Shown here one piece after another: positions 56,412 through 64,000 of a DNA stretch of 64,000 bases. Under the pieces are notes generated by a model. That model did not search any database, had not been told where the DNA came from, and saw only the letters and a list, made by a program, of their open reading frames with translations. A program made the translations under genes and the position numbers. The DNA is taken from positions 3,773-67,772 of the forward strand of contig DDUU01000010.1 of the NCBI GenBank assembly GCA_002344965.1. The letters run 5' to 3'. Every line of letters begins with the position of its first letter. The first letter of the stretch is position 1. This DNA is from Candidatus Tepidiaquacellales bacterium UBA2330 (GTDB lineage Bacteria; Bacteroidota; Ignavibacteria; Tepidaquicellales; Tepidaquicellaceae).

Positions 56412-58433
56412 TTACTTATCCAGCTTTAAAATCTCGTCACGCAGTTCCGCAGCTCTCTCAAATTCCAGGTCTTTCGCGGCGTTGATCATTTCTTTTCTTA
56501 ACTGTTCTATCAATTCTTTTCTCTGCTCTGAATTTATTTTCTTATTCACAGGATCGGTTATTATGCTTAATGCTGATTTTTTTTCTTCCTTTCCTTTCTT
56601 GTTGTATTCGTTATTTGATTTTGAATCCGCGACAATTGTCGCTGACATGATTTCCTCTAAGGTTTTAAGCACAGTCTCGGGAGTTATTTTGTGTTCCTTA
56701 TTATATTGTATCTGTATTTCTCTTCTTCTCGCAGTTTCCTTTATTACCTTATCCATCGATTCGGTTACTTTATCCGCATACATGATTACAAGTCCGTTCA
56801 CATTTCTTGCCGTTCTTCCCGCTGTCTGCATCAGAGATTTTTCCGAACGGAGAAATCCTTCTTTATCCGCATCAAGTATTGCAACCAAAGATACCTCCGG
56901 CAGATCAAGACCCTCTCTTAAAAGATTTACTCCGACCAGAACATCGAAATTTCCCAGTCTCAGACTTCTCAGTATTTCCACACGGTCGAGAGTATCAACT
57001 TCAGAGTGCATATATTTGACTCTTATCCCGATACCTTCAAGGTAATCAGTAAGATCCTCGCTCATTCTTTTCGTAAGTGTTGTTACCAGAACTCTTTCGC
57101 CTCTTTTGCTTCTCACCCTGACTTCGTTGATCAGATCATCTATCTGATTTTTAACAGGTCTCACCTGTATTTCAGGATCAAGCAGTCCTGTCGGTCTTAT
57201 GATTTGCTCGACTACAACTCCTTCGCTTTTTTCAAACTCATAATTGCTCGGCGTTGCGCTGACAAAGACAGCCTGTTTTATCATTGATTCCCATTCTTCA
57301 AATGTCATAGGCCTGTTGTCAAGCGCCGACGGCAGACGAAATCCGTACTCTACTAATGTTTTTTTTCTCATCCTGTCACCGTTATACATTCCTCTGATCT
57401 GGGGTATAGTTACATGCGATTCGTCCACCACAAGCAGAAAATCTTTTGGAAAATAATCAAACAGACACGACGGTCTTGTACCCGGAGCGCGTCTGTCCAT
57501 GTGTCTGGAGTAATTTTCAATGCCGTTGCAGTAGCCGATCTCCTGTATCATTTCAATGTCAAAGTTAGTCCGCTGTTCAATCCTCTGTGCCTCGATCATT
57601 TTACCCTGAGCTTTGAAATATTCTATCTGCTTCTCAAGCTCCTGACGGATATCAACTATCGCTGCGTCAACTTTATCCTGACTTGTGAGAAAATATTTCG
57701 CCGGATATATAACTACGCTGATATCATTTCCTGTCACCTTTCCGTCTTCCCTGTTTATATAAGATATTTTTTCAATCGTGTTATCAAAGATCTCGATTCT
57801 CACACCGGTATTATTTTCATAAGCCGGGATTAGATCAATATTATCACCTCTTACTCTGAACGTGCCTCTTAGAAAATCAGTGTCATTCCTTACATAATGA
57901 ATATTTACAAGCTTTGACATTAATGCTTTTCTCGATATCCTGTCACCGGTTTTAAGAAGCAGCATCTGCTCTGCATATTCTTCCGGCGCGCCGATACCGT
58001 ATATACAGCTGACAGACGAAACGACTATTACATCTTTCCTTCCTTCAAGAATGGATGCAGTCGCTCTTAACCGCAGTCTGTCTATCTCTTCGTTAATTGA
58101 AAGGTCTTTTTGAATGTAAGTATCTGAAGATGGAATATATGCCTCGGGCTGATAATAATCGTAATAAGATATAAAAAACTCTACGCGGTTGTTCGGAAAA
58201 AATCTTTTAAACTCTCCGTAAAGCTGCGCTGCAAGTGTCTTGTTGTGAGACATTACAAGGACCGGTTTGCCGATATTCTCTATTACATTTGAAATGGAAT
58301 AAGTTTTTCCCGAACCGGTCACACCGAGAAAAGTCTGATACTTATCGCCTCTTATAATTCCTTCTGTCAGTTCCTTGATCGCTCTCGGCTGATCACCGGC
58401 AGGCTTGTATTTGGATTCAAGTTTAAAATTCAA
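56412..58433 (-). CDS. uvrB: Excinuclease ABC subunit B
   Basis: 673 aa with Walker A (GVTGSGKT), DESH, helicase motifs and a C-terminal UVR domain ([12 protein letters not shown]). Confidence 0.97.
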   Translation of the reverse strand: MNFKLESKYKPAGDQPRAIKELTEGIIRGDKYQTFLGVTGSGKTYSISNVIENIGKPVLVMSHNKTLAAQLYGEFKRFFPNNRVEFFISYYDYYQPEAYIPSSDTYIQKDLSINEEIDRLRLRATASILEGRKDVIVVSSVSCIYGIGAPEEYAEQMLLLKTGDRISRKALMSKLVNIHYVRNDTDFLRGTFRVRGDNIDLIPAYENNTGVRIEIFDNTIEKISYINREDGKVTGNDISVVIYPAKYFLTSQDKVDAAIVDIRQELEKQIEYFKAQGKMIEAQRIEQRTNFDIEMIQEIGYCNGIENYSRHMDRRAPGTRPSCLFDYFPKDFLLVVDESHVTIPQIRGMYNGDRMRKKTLVEYGFRLPSALDNRPMTFEEWESMIKQAVFVSATPSNYEFEKSEGVVVEQIIRPTGLLDPEIQVRPVKNQIDDLINEVRVRSKRGERVLVTTLTKRMSEDLTDYLEGIGIRVKYMHSEVDTLDRVEILRSLRLGNFDVLVGVNLLREGLDLPEVSLVAILDADKEGFLRSEKSLMQTAGRTARNVNGLVIMYADKVTESMDKVIKETARRREIQIQYNKEHKITPETVLKTLEEIMSATIVADSKSNNEYNKKGKEEKKSALSIITDPVNKKINSEQRKELIEQLRKEMINAAKDLEFERAAELRDEILKLDK

Positions 58434-58556
58434 TATAAGTCGGATTAATTTCTTTATTTATTAATTTAATGTTAATGGGCTGCCATGGTTTGAAGAAATA
58501 AAAACTCTTTATTTTTTCAGGTTTGGGAATTTAATATTTGTCTTCGACGGTAAAAT

Positions 58557-58826
58557 TCAGCTTATTTCAGTAATGAGATTTATTTCTTTCAGAACAGAAT
58601 TTATGTAGTTCAATTTTGGAATTTCACCAGTGCTTACAACCGCTTTGCCTCTTGTGTGAGCGATAATGGCAATCTGTTCGCATTGTATGTTACTATATCC
58701 GGTTGCTTTTCTCAGCTGAATTATAACATCGTCCCAGATATGGTTTGAATTAAAAAGTATAAGCTTATGCAGGACTGCATTTTTATCAGTTGAATTATAT
58801 TCGGTTTCTGTAATTGTACTATTCAT
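58557..58826 (-). CDS. clpS: ATP-dependent Clp protease adaptor ClpS
   Basis: The core reads HKLILFNSNHIWDDVIIQLRKATGYSNIQCEQIAIIAHTRGKAVV. The ATG at 58826 lies 5 nt after the upstream stop. The ORF is also open to TTG 58853. Confidence 0.75.
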   Translation of the reverse strand: MNSTITETEYNSTDKNAVLHKLILFNSNHIWDDVIIQLRKATGYSNIQCEQIAIIAHTRGKAVVSTGEIPKLNYINSVLKEINLITEIS

Positions 58827-58831
58827 AAAAT

Positions 58832-60088
58832 TTAATTCCTCGAAAACATGCAAAGCTGTTCGCAGATCTGATCCTGAATACTTCTCGGTAATTCTCTCCC
58901 GCTGCCGAATCCGTTCATAACAATATAAAACAGAAGCAGTTCGTTATCTCTCGATACCGCATAGCCCGAAAGCGCACTTACTGAATTCAGCGTGCCTGTT
59001 TTGGCATGAACATTACTTTCAGCTTCAGTGCCGATCATTCTGTTTCTCAGAGTGCCGTCTTTGCCGGCTATGGCGAGCGATCCGTAAAAATAATCAAATG
59101 TCTTCAGATCATCATACATATATTTCAGCAGACGGATATACAGATCGGAATTAACCGTATTAAATCTTGTAAGACCGGAACCTTCCAGTATTTCAAAGGT
59201 GTTCCTGTCATTTCCCATTGCAGTCAGAAAATTAATCACGGCTGATTCTCCTTTATCCAGACTTCCGGGAGGCGAATCAAATGCCGCGCCTGCAACTTTA
59301 AAAACTGTAATTGCTGAATGGTTATCACTTTCCTTATTCATCTGCGCCAAAACATTATACATGGAATGCGAAACTTCAGCTACTTCCTTTGCGCCTGCCG
59401 GAGTCACACCTGAGATTACAATTCCGTTAAGTTTTATATTAAGCGCCATTAACTCATCCGCAAGCAGATTGCCCGCAGATGCCGCAGGATCATAATTGCC
59501 GGGATTTTTATTTAAATTAAGTGCGCTGACATAAGGCCAGTAATTGCTCTTTGTATCACCCTGATAATAATTTGATAATCCGAAATACTGGTTATCCAGA
59601 TAAGATTCATCATATACTATATTTCCTGTAACTGCCCTGATATTTTTTTCAGAAAATAATTTAGCAAGATAGCTTATATCGGATGAATTAAGATCCGGAT
59701 CTCCGTATCCCTTTAAATAAATATTCCCGTCTACTATTCCGTCACTGATATTACTGTCGTCTGTATATATTACCGTACGGAAATTATGATCTTTACCTAG
59801 ATACTCCAGAGCAATTGCTGCCGTGATCATTTTGGTAATGGATGCAGGTATCATTTTAATCCTGGGATTTTTCTCGTATAAGAGATCATACTTTTCTGCA
59901 CTCGCAACCTGCACGGAAACTGTGCAGTTGATACCGCTTAGTATAAGCTCAATGTTCTCTGCAAGTATATCAACGTTATCCTTTGCCCGGGATCCTGCAG
60001 GAATAATAAAAATGGTAATGAGAATCAGCAGTACTGCTTTTGAAAAAATTTGTTTTGGTGTTTCTGATTTAAGAAAATTCTTTGTCAT
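58832..60088 (-). CDS. dacB: D-alanyl-D-alanine carboxypeptidase/endopeptidase (PBP4, S13 family)
   Basis: A signal/anchor is followed by the SxxK motif PASITKMITAA, then SDNH (SxN) and KTGT. Confidence 0.8.
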   Translation of the reverse strand: MTKNFLKSETPKQIFSKAVLLILITIFIIPAGSRAKDNVDILAENIELILSGINCTVSVQVASAEKYDLLYEKNPRIKMIPASITKMITAAIALEYLGKDHNFRTVIYTDDSNISDGIVDGNIYLKGYGDPDLNSSDISYLAKLFSEKNIRAVTGNIVYDESYLDNQYFGLSNYYQGDTKSNYWPYVSALNLNKNPGNYDPAASAGNLLADELMALNIKLNGIVISGVTPAGAKEVAEVSHSMYNVLAQMNKESDNHSAITVFKVAGAAFDSPPGSLDKGESAVINFLTAMGNDRNTFEILEGSGLTRFNTVNSDLYIRLLKYMYDDLKTFDYFYGSLAIAGKDGTLRNRMIGTEAESNVHAKTGTLNSVSALSGYAVSRDNELLLFYIVMNGFGSGRELPRSIQDQICEQLCMFSRN

Positions 60089-60518
60089 TCTTGTTTAAAA
60101 TTTTTTTATAAGCTTTTTTCAGTAAGTTTTCGGATTCGGAAAATGTTACAAGATTTAACCCTTCCTCCAGACCGCACCACTGAAAATTTACTATTTCCTT
60201 TTTATCTATATAAACTGTTTCAGAAAAAACTTCTGCTATAAAATAATCAACCGACTTTTCTACTCTGTGATTTTTCCCTGAGTTAAATTTATACACCTCG
60301 CTTAATTCGATTCTGTCCGAAATAAATTTTACATTAGTAATTCCTGTTTCTTCTTTCAGTTCGCGTATTGCAGTCTGTATATCGGTTTCTCCTTTTTCTT
60401 TATGCCCTTTCGGAAATGCCCAGTGACCCTGCCTGTGTTTGATTATCAGAAATACCGGCTTTCCCGGTTTCATATGAAAAATAATCACGCCGATCGATCT
60501 GTCCTTCTTAATGTTCAA
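60069..60518 (-). CDS. NUDIX hydrolase
   Basis: The Nudix box is GHKEKGETDIQTAIRELKEETG. Confidence 0.85.
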   Translation of the reverse strand: MNIKKDRSIGVIIFHMKPGKPVFLIIKHRQGHWAFPKGHKEKGETDIQTAIRELKEETGITNVKFISDRIELSEVYKFNSGKNHRVEKSVDYFIAEVFSETVYIDKKEIVNFQWCGLEEGLNLVTFSESENLLKKAYKKILNKNDKEFS

Positions 60519-60536
60519 TTGTTTTTAAAATTCGTT

Positions 60537-61313
60537 TTACTTTTTTGCTTTATTCCAGATTACATCCATTTCTTCAAGAGTCATGTCTTCGATAGCAATT
60601 TTATTCTCCTCTGCAAATTTTTCAATGCTGTTAAATCTCTCTTTGAATTTACCGACAGTCCTTCTCAATGCGTCTTCGGGATTTATTTTATGAAACCTCG
60701 CAAAGTTAACTATTGAAAACAGGACATCGCCGAATTCATCTTCGATTTCCTTATGCGATTTATTCAAACTGACATTGACTTTTAATTCTTCCAGCTCTTC
60801 GCGTATTTTATCAAACACCGGCACTTCGTCTTTCCAGTCAAAGCCGACTTTAGATGCTTTCTCCTGTATCCTGTATGCTTTAAGTAACGCCGGCAGCTGT
60901 TCGGGGATTCCTTCGATCACGGATTTTCTGCCTTCTTTCTTTTTCAGATTTTCCCAGTTGCGTTTTACTTCATCACTGTCTTTCACTTTCACATCACCGA
61001 ATACGTGAGGGTGTCTGTTTATTAGTTTCAGTGTTTCAGATTCAATGACATCTTTCAGCGTAAATTCTTTTTCTTCTTCAGCTATATTTGAATGGAAAAC
61101 CACCTGAAGAAGTAAATCTCCAAGTTCTTTTTTTAGTTCTTCCGGGTTATTATTGTCAATAGCTTCAAGCACTTCATATGTTTCTTCAAGCAGACACCTT
61201 CTTAATGACAAATGTGTCTGTATCCTGTCCCACGGACAATCAGTCCTTAGTTTTTTGACAATCTCAACGAATTCATTGAATTCATCCGTTAATGTTGTAT
61301 TATTTTTTTTCAA
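60537..61313 (-). CDS. mazG: Nucleoside triphosphate pyrophosphohydrolase MazG
   Basis: 258 aa with two MazG repeats (CPWDR.QTH.SL...LEETYEVLEAI; ELGDLL; EEFGDVLFSIVNFAR). Confidence 0.9.
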   Translation of the reverse strand: MKKNNTTLTDEFNEFVEIVKKLRTDCPWDRIQTHLSLRRCLLEETYEVLEAIDNNNPEELKKELGDLLLQVVFHSNIAEEEKEFTLKDVIESETLKLINRHPHVFGDVKVKDSDEVKRNWENLKKKEGRKSVIEGIPEQLPALLKAYRIQEKASKVGFDWKDEVPVFDKIREELEELKVNVSLNKSHKEIEDEFGDVLFSIVNFARFHKINPEDALRRTVGKFKERFNSIEKFAEENKIAIEDMTLEEMDVIWNKAKK

Positions 61314-61519
61314 AATTATGTTTTCATAAGATAAAAATTTTAAATTTTATTGTCAGTGTTTAAAAGCTTATGCACGTTTTAAATTTAATTTTATGAATTT
61401 ACATTATAAAAATACCTGCCATTTTTGAATAATTAATATGAGTTTCTAATTTTATATGTCTGTTTTAAATTGATTAAATAAAAAATCAGGTATATGTTTG
61501 CCTGATCGGATTTTTTTAA

Positions 61520-61828
61520 ATGAGCAGAAAATTTCAAAAAACGAAAGAGGATTTTACATGTCTTTACTGCGGCTGCAAAGTTTCAGGCGACGGATATACA
61601 AATCATTGTCCCGAATGTCTTTACAGCAGACATGTAGATATAAATCCCGGAGACAGAATGTCTGACTGCGGTGGTATTATGAAACCCGTCGGGTTGAAAA
61701 TATCTTCAGGCGACTATATAATTATTCACAGGTGCGTCAAATGCGGTTTTGAAAAAACGAATAAATCCGGAAAACATGATAATTATGAAAAGCTTATCGA
61801 ACTCAGCGTCAGCAAAGACTTGCGCTAA
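61520..61828 (+). CDS. RNHCP domain-containing zinc-ribbon protein
   Basis: It has FTCLYCGCKV...YTNHCPECLYSRHVD...CGG.M...IIHRCVKCGF. Confidence 0.7.
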   Translation: MSRKFQKTKEDFTCLYCGCKVSGDGYTNHCPECLYSRHVDINPGDRMSDCGGIMKPVGLKISSGDYIIIHRCVKCGFEKTNKSGKHDNYEKLIELSVSKDLR

Positions 61829-61900
61829 CATATAATCTGAATTGAATAACAGAATCAAATAGCATATTTTTGTTTATTCTTAAAACATTAAATCAATCAA

Positions 61901-63013
61901 ATGAAAATAGGTGTACCAAAAGAAATCAAGCCGAATGAGAACCGAATAGCTCTTACTCCTGTCGGTGCGGAAGTTTTAAAAAGACACGGACACAAAGTAT
62001 ATATAGAAACAAACGCCGGCACAGGAAGCGGATTTTCTGATTCAGAATATAAAAAAGCCGGTGCTGTAATTCTTAAAAAAGCTAAAGAAGTTTTTGATAC
62101 CGCTGATATGATTATGAAAGTAAAAGAACCAATAAAACAGGAATACGGTCTGATCAGAAAAAATCAGGTTGTCTTTACTTACTTTCATTTCGCGTCTTCA
62201 AAAGATCTTACCGAAGCAATGATAAAATCAAAATGTATTGCAATCGCTTACGAAACCGTTCAAAAAGAGGATCTGTCTCTGCCTCTGCTCATTCCGATGA
62301 GCGAAGTAGCCGGCAGGATGGCTCCGCAGGAAGGCGCGAAATATCTGGAGAGGACAATGGGCGGAAGAGGCGTGCTGCTCGGAGGAGTCCCGGGAACTGA
62401 ACCTGCAAATGTGATTGTACTTGGCGGAGGTATCGTTGGAACAAATGCCGCAAAAATAGCCGCAGGTTTCGGAGCAAAGGTAACTATTATGGATAATAAT
62501 CTTTACAGACTCAGATATCTCGATGATGTTATGCCGAGGAATGTTACTACTATGATGAGCAATCCTTTTAATATCAGAGAAGCAATCAAAACCGCCGATC
62601 TTGTTATCGGAGCTGTATTGATAGCGGGAGCAAAAGCTCCGAAACTTATCACAAAAAATATGCTGAAGCTTATGAGACCCGGTTCGGTAGTAGTGGATGT
62701 CTCTGTGGATCAGGGAGGATGCATCGAAACCTGCAGACCGACCACTCACGCGAATCCGACTTATGTAGTAAATGATGTCCTTCATTATTGCGTTGCGAAT
62801 ATGCCGGGAGCAGTTCCTTTTACTTCTACTATCGCTCTTACAAACGCTACTCTTCCATATGCAGTAGAGCTTGCGAATAAAGGCTGGCATAAAGCGTGTA
62901 CGGAAAATCCGGAACTCAAACTCGGTCTTAACATTATAAACGGAGAGATCACTTATAAAGGAGTTGCTGACGCATTTAAATTCAAATATACTGATGTGGA
63001 TGAAATGATGTAA
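61901..63013 (+). CDS. ald: Alanine dehydrogenase
   Basis: It has MKIGVPKEIK.NE.R.ALTP, the Rossmann motif VLGGGIVGTNAA and VDVSVDQGGC.E. Confidence 0.95.
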   Translation: MKIGVPKEIKPNENRIALTPVGAEVLKRHGHKVYIETNAGTGSGFSDSEYKKAGAVILKKAKEVFDTADMIMKVKEPIKQEYGLIRKNQVVFTYFHFASSKDLTEAMIKSKCIAIAYETVQKEDLSLPLLIPMSEVAGRMAPQEGAKYLERTMGGRGVLLGGVPGTEPANVIVLGGGIVGTNAAKIAAGFGAKVTIMDNNLYRLRYLDDVMPRNVTTMMSNPFNIREAIKTADLVIGAVLIAGAKAPKLITKNMLKLMRPGSVVVDVSVDQGGCIETCRPTTHANPTYVVNDVLHYCVANMPGAVPFTSTIALTNATLPYAVELANKGWHKACTENPELKLGLNIINGEITYKGVADAFKFKYTDVDEMM

Positions 63014-63040
63014 ATATTTCATTTTATATTAATAATATTA

Positions 63041-63075
63041 AAGCCTGATAAAATTTATCAGGCTTTTTCTGTTTT
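63041..63075 (+). terminator. Rho-independent terminator after ald
   Basis: AAAGCCTGATAAA pairs with TTTATCAGGCTTT in a long perfect stem, followed by TTTTCTGTTTT. Confidence 0.85.
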
Positions 63076-63389
63076 ACGGGTATATCTTTAAAGGAATATA
63101 TTATCAGACAAGATTTTGGCACAGAAACATAAATCAACATTTTTAAGTGTTTTCTCTTCCGCAGAAATTATTTTGTAAGCATTCATAAAAGTGTGTAAAA
63201 AGAAGTTGGAAAAAAATGCCTCCCAAAAAAGTAAATTGTTTTTCAGCCGTCGGGCGTGAACAACAACAAACCGAAACGTGCTTTGGAAGCGGTATGACTT
63301 TCGGCTAACAAAAATATTACTTTGGACTCCGCCTTGCCCACCACATATTAAGGCGAGGGCTGAGGAAACGACGAAGGTCATGAAACTGA

Positions 63390-63485
63390 AAATTCAGCGG
63401 CACAGACCTTTCGAGCGGGATTTATTATTATAAAATAAAAGCCGGAGATTTTGAGCAGGTGAGGAAGATGATTCTTCTTAAATAA
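63390..63485 (+). pseudogene. Orphan remnant of a T9SS C-terminal sorting domain (last ~31 codons only)
   Basis: It translates to KFSGTDLSSGIYYYKIKAGDFEQVRKMILLK*, matching the ends of the intact sorting domains in this window (for example FDGTNFGSGYYFYKLEAGDYSRSREMLLLK*). The frame is closed by TGA at 63387-63389, and no NYPNPFNP box lies upstream. Confidence 0.65.
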
Positions 63486-63520
63486 TTACGAATTACGAGT
63501 TACGAGTTACGAGTTACGAA
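63486..63520. repeat. Heptanucleotide tandem repeat (TTACGAR)x5
   Basis: TTACGAA TTACGAG TTACGAG TTACGAG TTACGAA, immediately after the remnant stop codon. Confidence 0.9.
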
Positions 63521-63954
63521 TTTCAAATTACATAAAAATATTTTATACCGCAGAGAGAGATACTTTGCGGGATTTTTATAACTGCCCGTTAACAATCTTT
63601 CAGACTGTCCGAGAACAAATTTATTTAAACTATCTATACAGCTCAAAGTAATTTAATTTTAATTTTTTTTTTAATTTAGTCTTTAAGACTTTAATAGGTT
63701 GTCTATGTTTTCAGACTGTCAGTCTTTCTGATTGGTAATGCATATGCAGATCAGGTTCCGCCTGAACTTAACTTAAAACCTTAAGATAAAAATTCTACGG
63801 GATAACTCTGCTGTGACTGAAAAAAAAACATCTTGCACAAGAAATTAACTTGTATTTTTTTTTTTTTATATATAATTATATCAAAGTACAAAAAAAGATT
63901 TTCCCGCCCAAACGAGAACGTCTGAAAAAATCATAACATTAATATGATGCAAAT

Positions 63955-64000
63955 ATGAAAAAGATAATTTTAATTCTTTTCTTATACACTCTTACATTTT
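63955..64000 (+). CDS. 5' end of a CDS with signal-peptide-like N-terminus (partial, runs off the window)
   Basis: The ATG at 63955 gives MKKIILILFLYTLTF..., similar to the other signal peptides in the window. Confidence 0.35.
   Translation, partial: MKKIILILFLYTLTF

Noticed and set aside
56395-57833. Several plus-strand ORFs (216, 76, 70, 93, 70 and 139 aa) inside the uvrB region
   Set aside because: They are antisense shadow ORFs of the well-supported uvrB gene. Their sequences are low-complexity Ser/Leu/Phe-rich with no motifs.
62228-63022. 264-aa minus-strand ORF covering most of ald
   Set aside because: It is antisense to a textbook alanine dehydrogenase. The Cys/Ser/Arg/His-rich composition is typical of a shadow frame.
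63088-63381. 97-aa minus-strand ORF in the terminal non-coding region
   Set aside because: It has no start context and no motifs, and it spans the G+C-rich island and AT-rich flank indiscriminately. It is more likely non-coding.
63240-63400. tmRNA, RNase P RNA or SRP RNA in the G+C-rich island
   Set aside because: I found no tRNA-like 3' end (T-arm/CCA), no GAGGAAAGUCC P4 motif and no SRP domain-IV GGAA/AGCA motifs on either strand. Only an Infernal scan could settle it.
63330-63410. Weak resemblance to a TPP riboswitch core (GCTGAGG ... AACTGAAAATTCAGCG)
   Set aside because: The key conserved elements (CUGAGA, ACCUGAUCUGG...CCAGCG, closing P1/P2 pairings) are not reproduced. The segment overlaps the sorting-domain remnant, and no thiamine-related gene follows.

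Overview
This window is a visibly AT-rich bacterial chromosomal segment, densely coded on both strands. Many secreted proteins end in the type-A T9SS C-terminal sorting domain (NYPNPFNP...LLK). Together with TAnnTTTG-like promoter motifs, this points to the FCB group, Ignavibacteriota/Bacteroidota-like; that is an inference from motifs, not a search result.

Housekeeping backbone:
- rplM-rpsI, then rpsB-tsf-pyrH-frr-waaA-gmhA, all on the minus strand (31.9-37.9 kb)
- prs, a 2-oxoacid dehydrogenase E2, tmk, an S41 protease, purK, an SPFH protein, an M19 dipeptidase
- uvrB, clpS, a PBP4-type carboxypeptidase, NUDIX, mazG, ald

Accessory or unusual content:
1. A tightly coupled seven-gene operon at 14.9-22.5 kb. 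It encodes an AraC regulator with a degenerate HMA-like domain, a PqqD-like protein, an ATP-grasp ligase, an Orn/DAP/Arg-type PLP decarboxylase, a urea-transporter-like membrane domain fused to an M23 peptidase, a TPR/beta-barrel outer-membrane protein and a TPR protein. I cannot assign it to any characterised pathway, and it is my best candidate for a new system.
2. A lysine 2,3-aminomutase + GNAT + two Ddl-like ATP-grasp ligases cluster at 7.0-11.2 kb, suggesting a beta-lysine-derived product.
3. An 11.5-kb island of T9SS cargo genes at 38.6-50.1 kb. One gene is out of frame at a (GCTT)4 repeat in its signal peptide. One CotH-like gene is broken by a single in-frame TGA. One cargo combines a Tat signal with a T9SS sorting domain.
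4. Ten tandem degenerate 21-bp repeats upstream of rplM.
5. A roughly 870-nt non-coding tail holding a sorting-domain gene remnant, a G+C-rich island and a heptamer repeat.

I recognised no rRNA, tRNA, CRISPR array, transposase or integrase. All function calls rest on motif recognition by eye and need HMM or BLAST confirmation.
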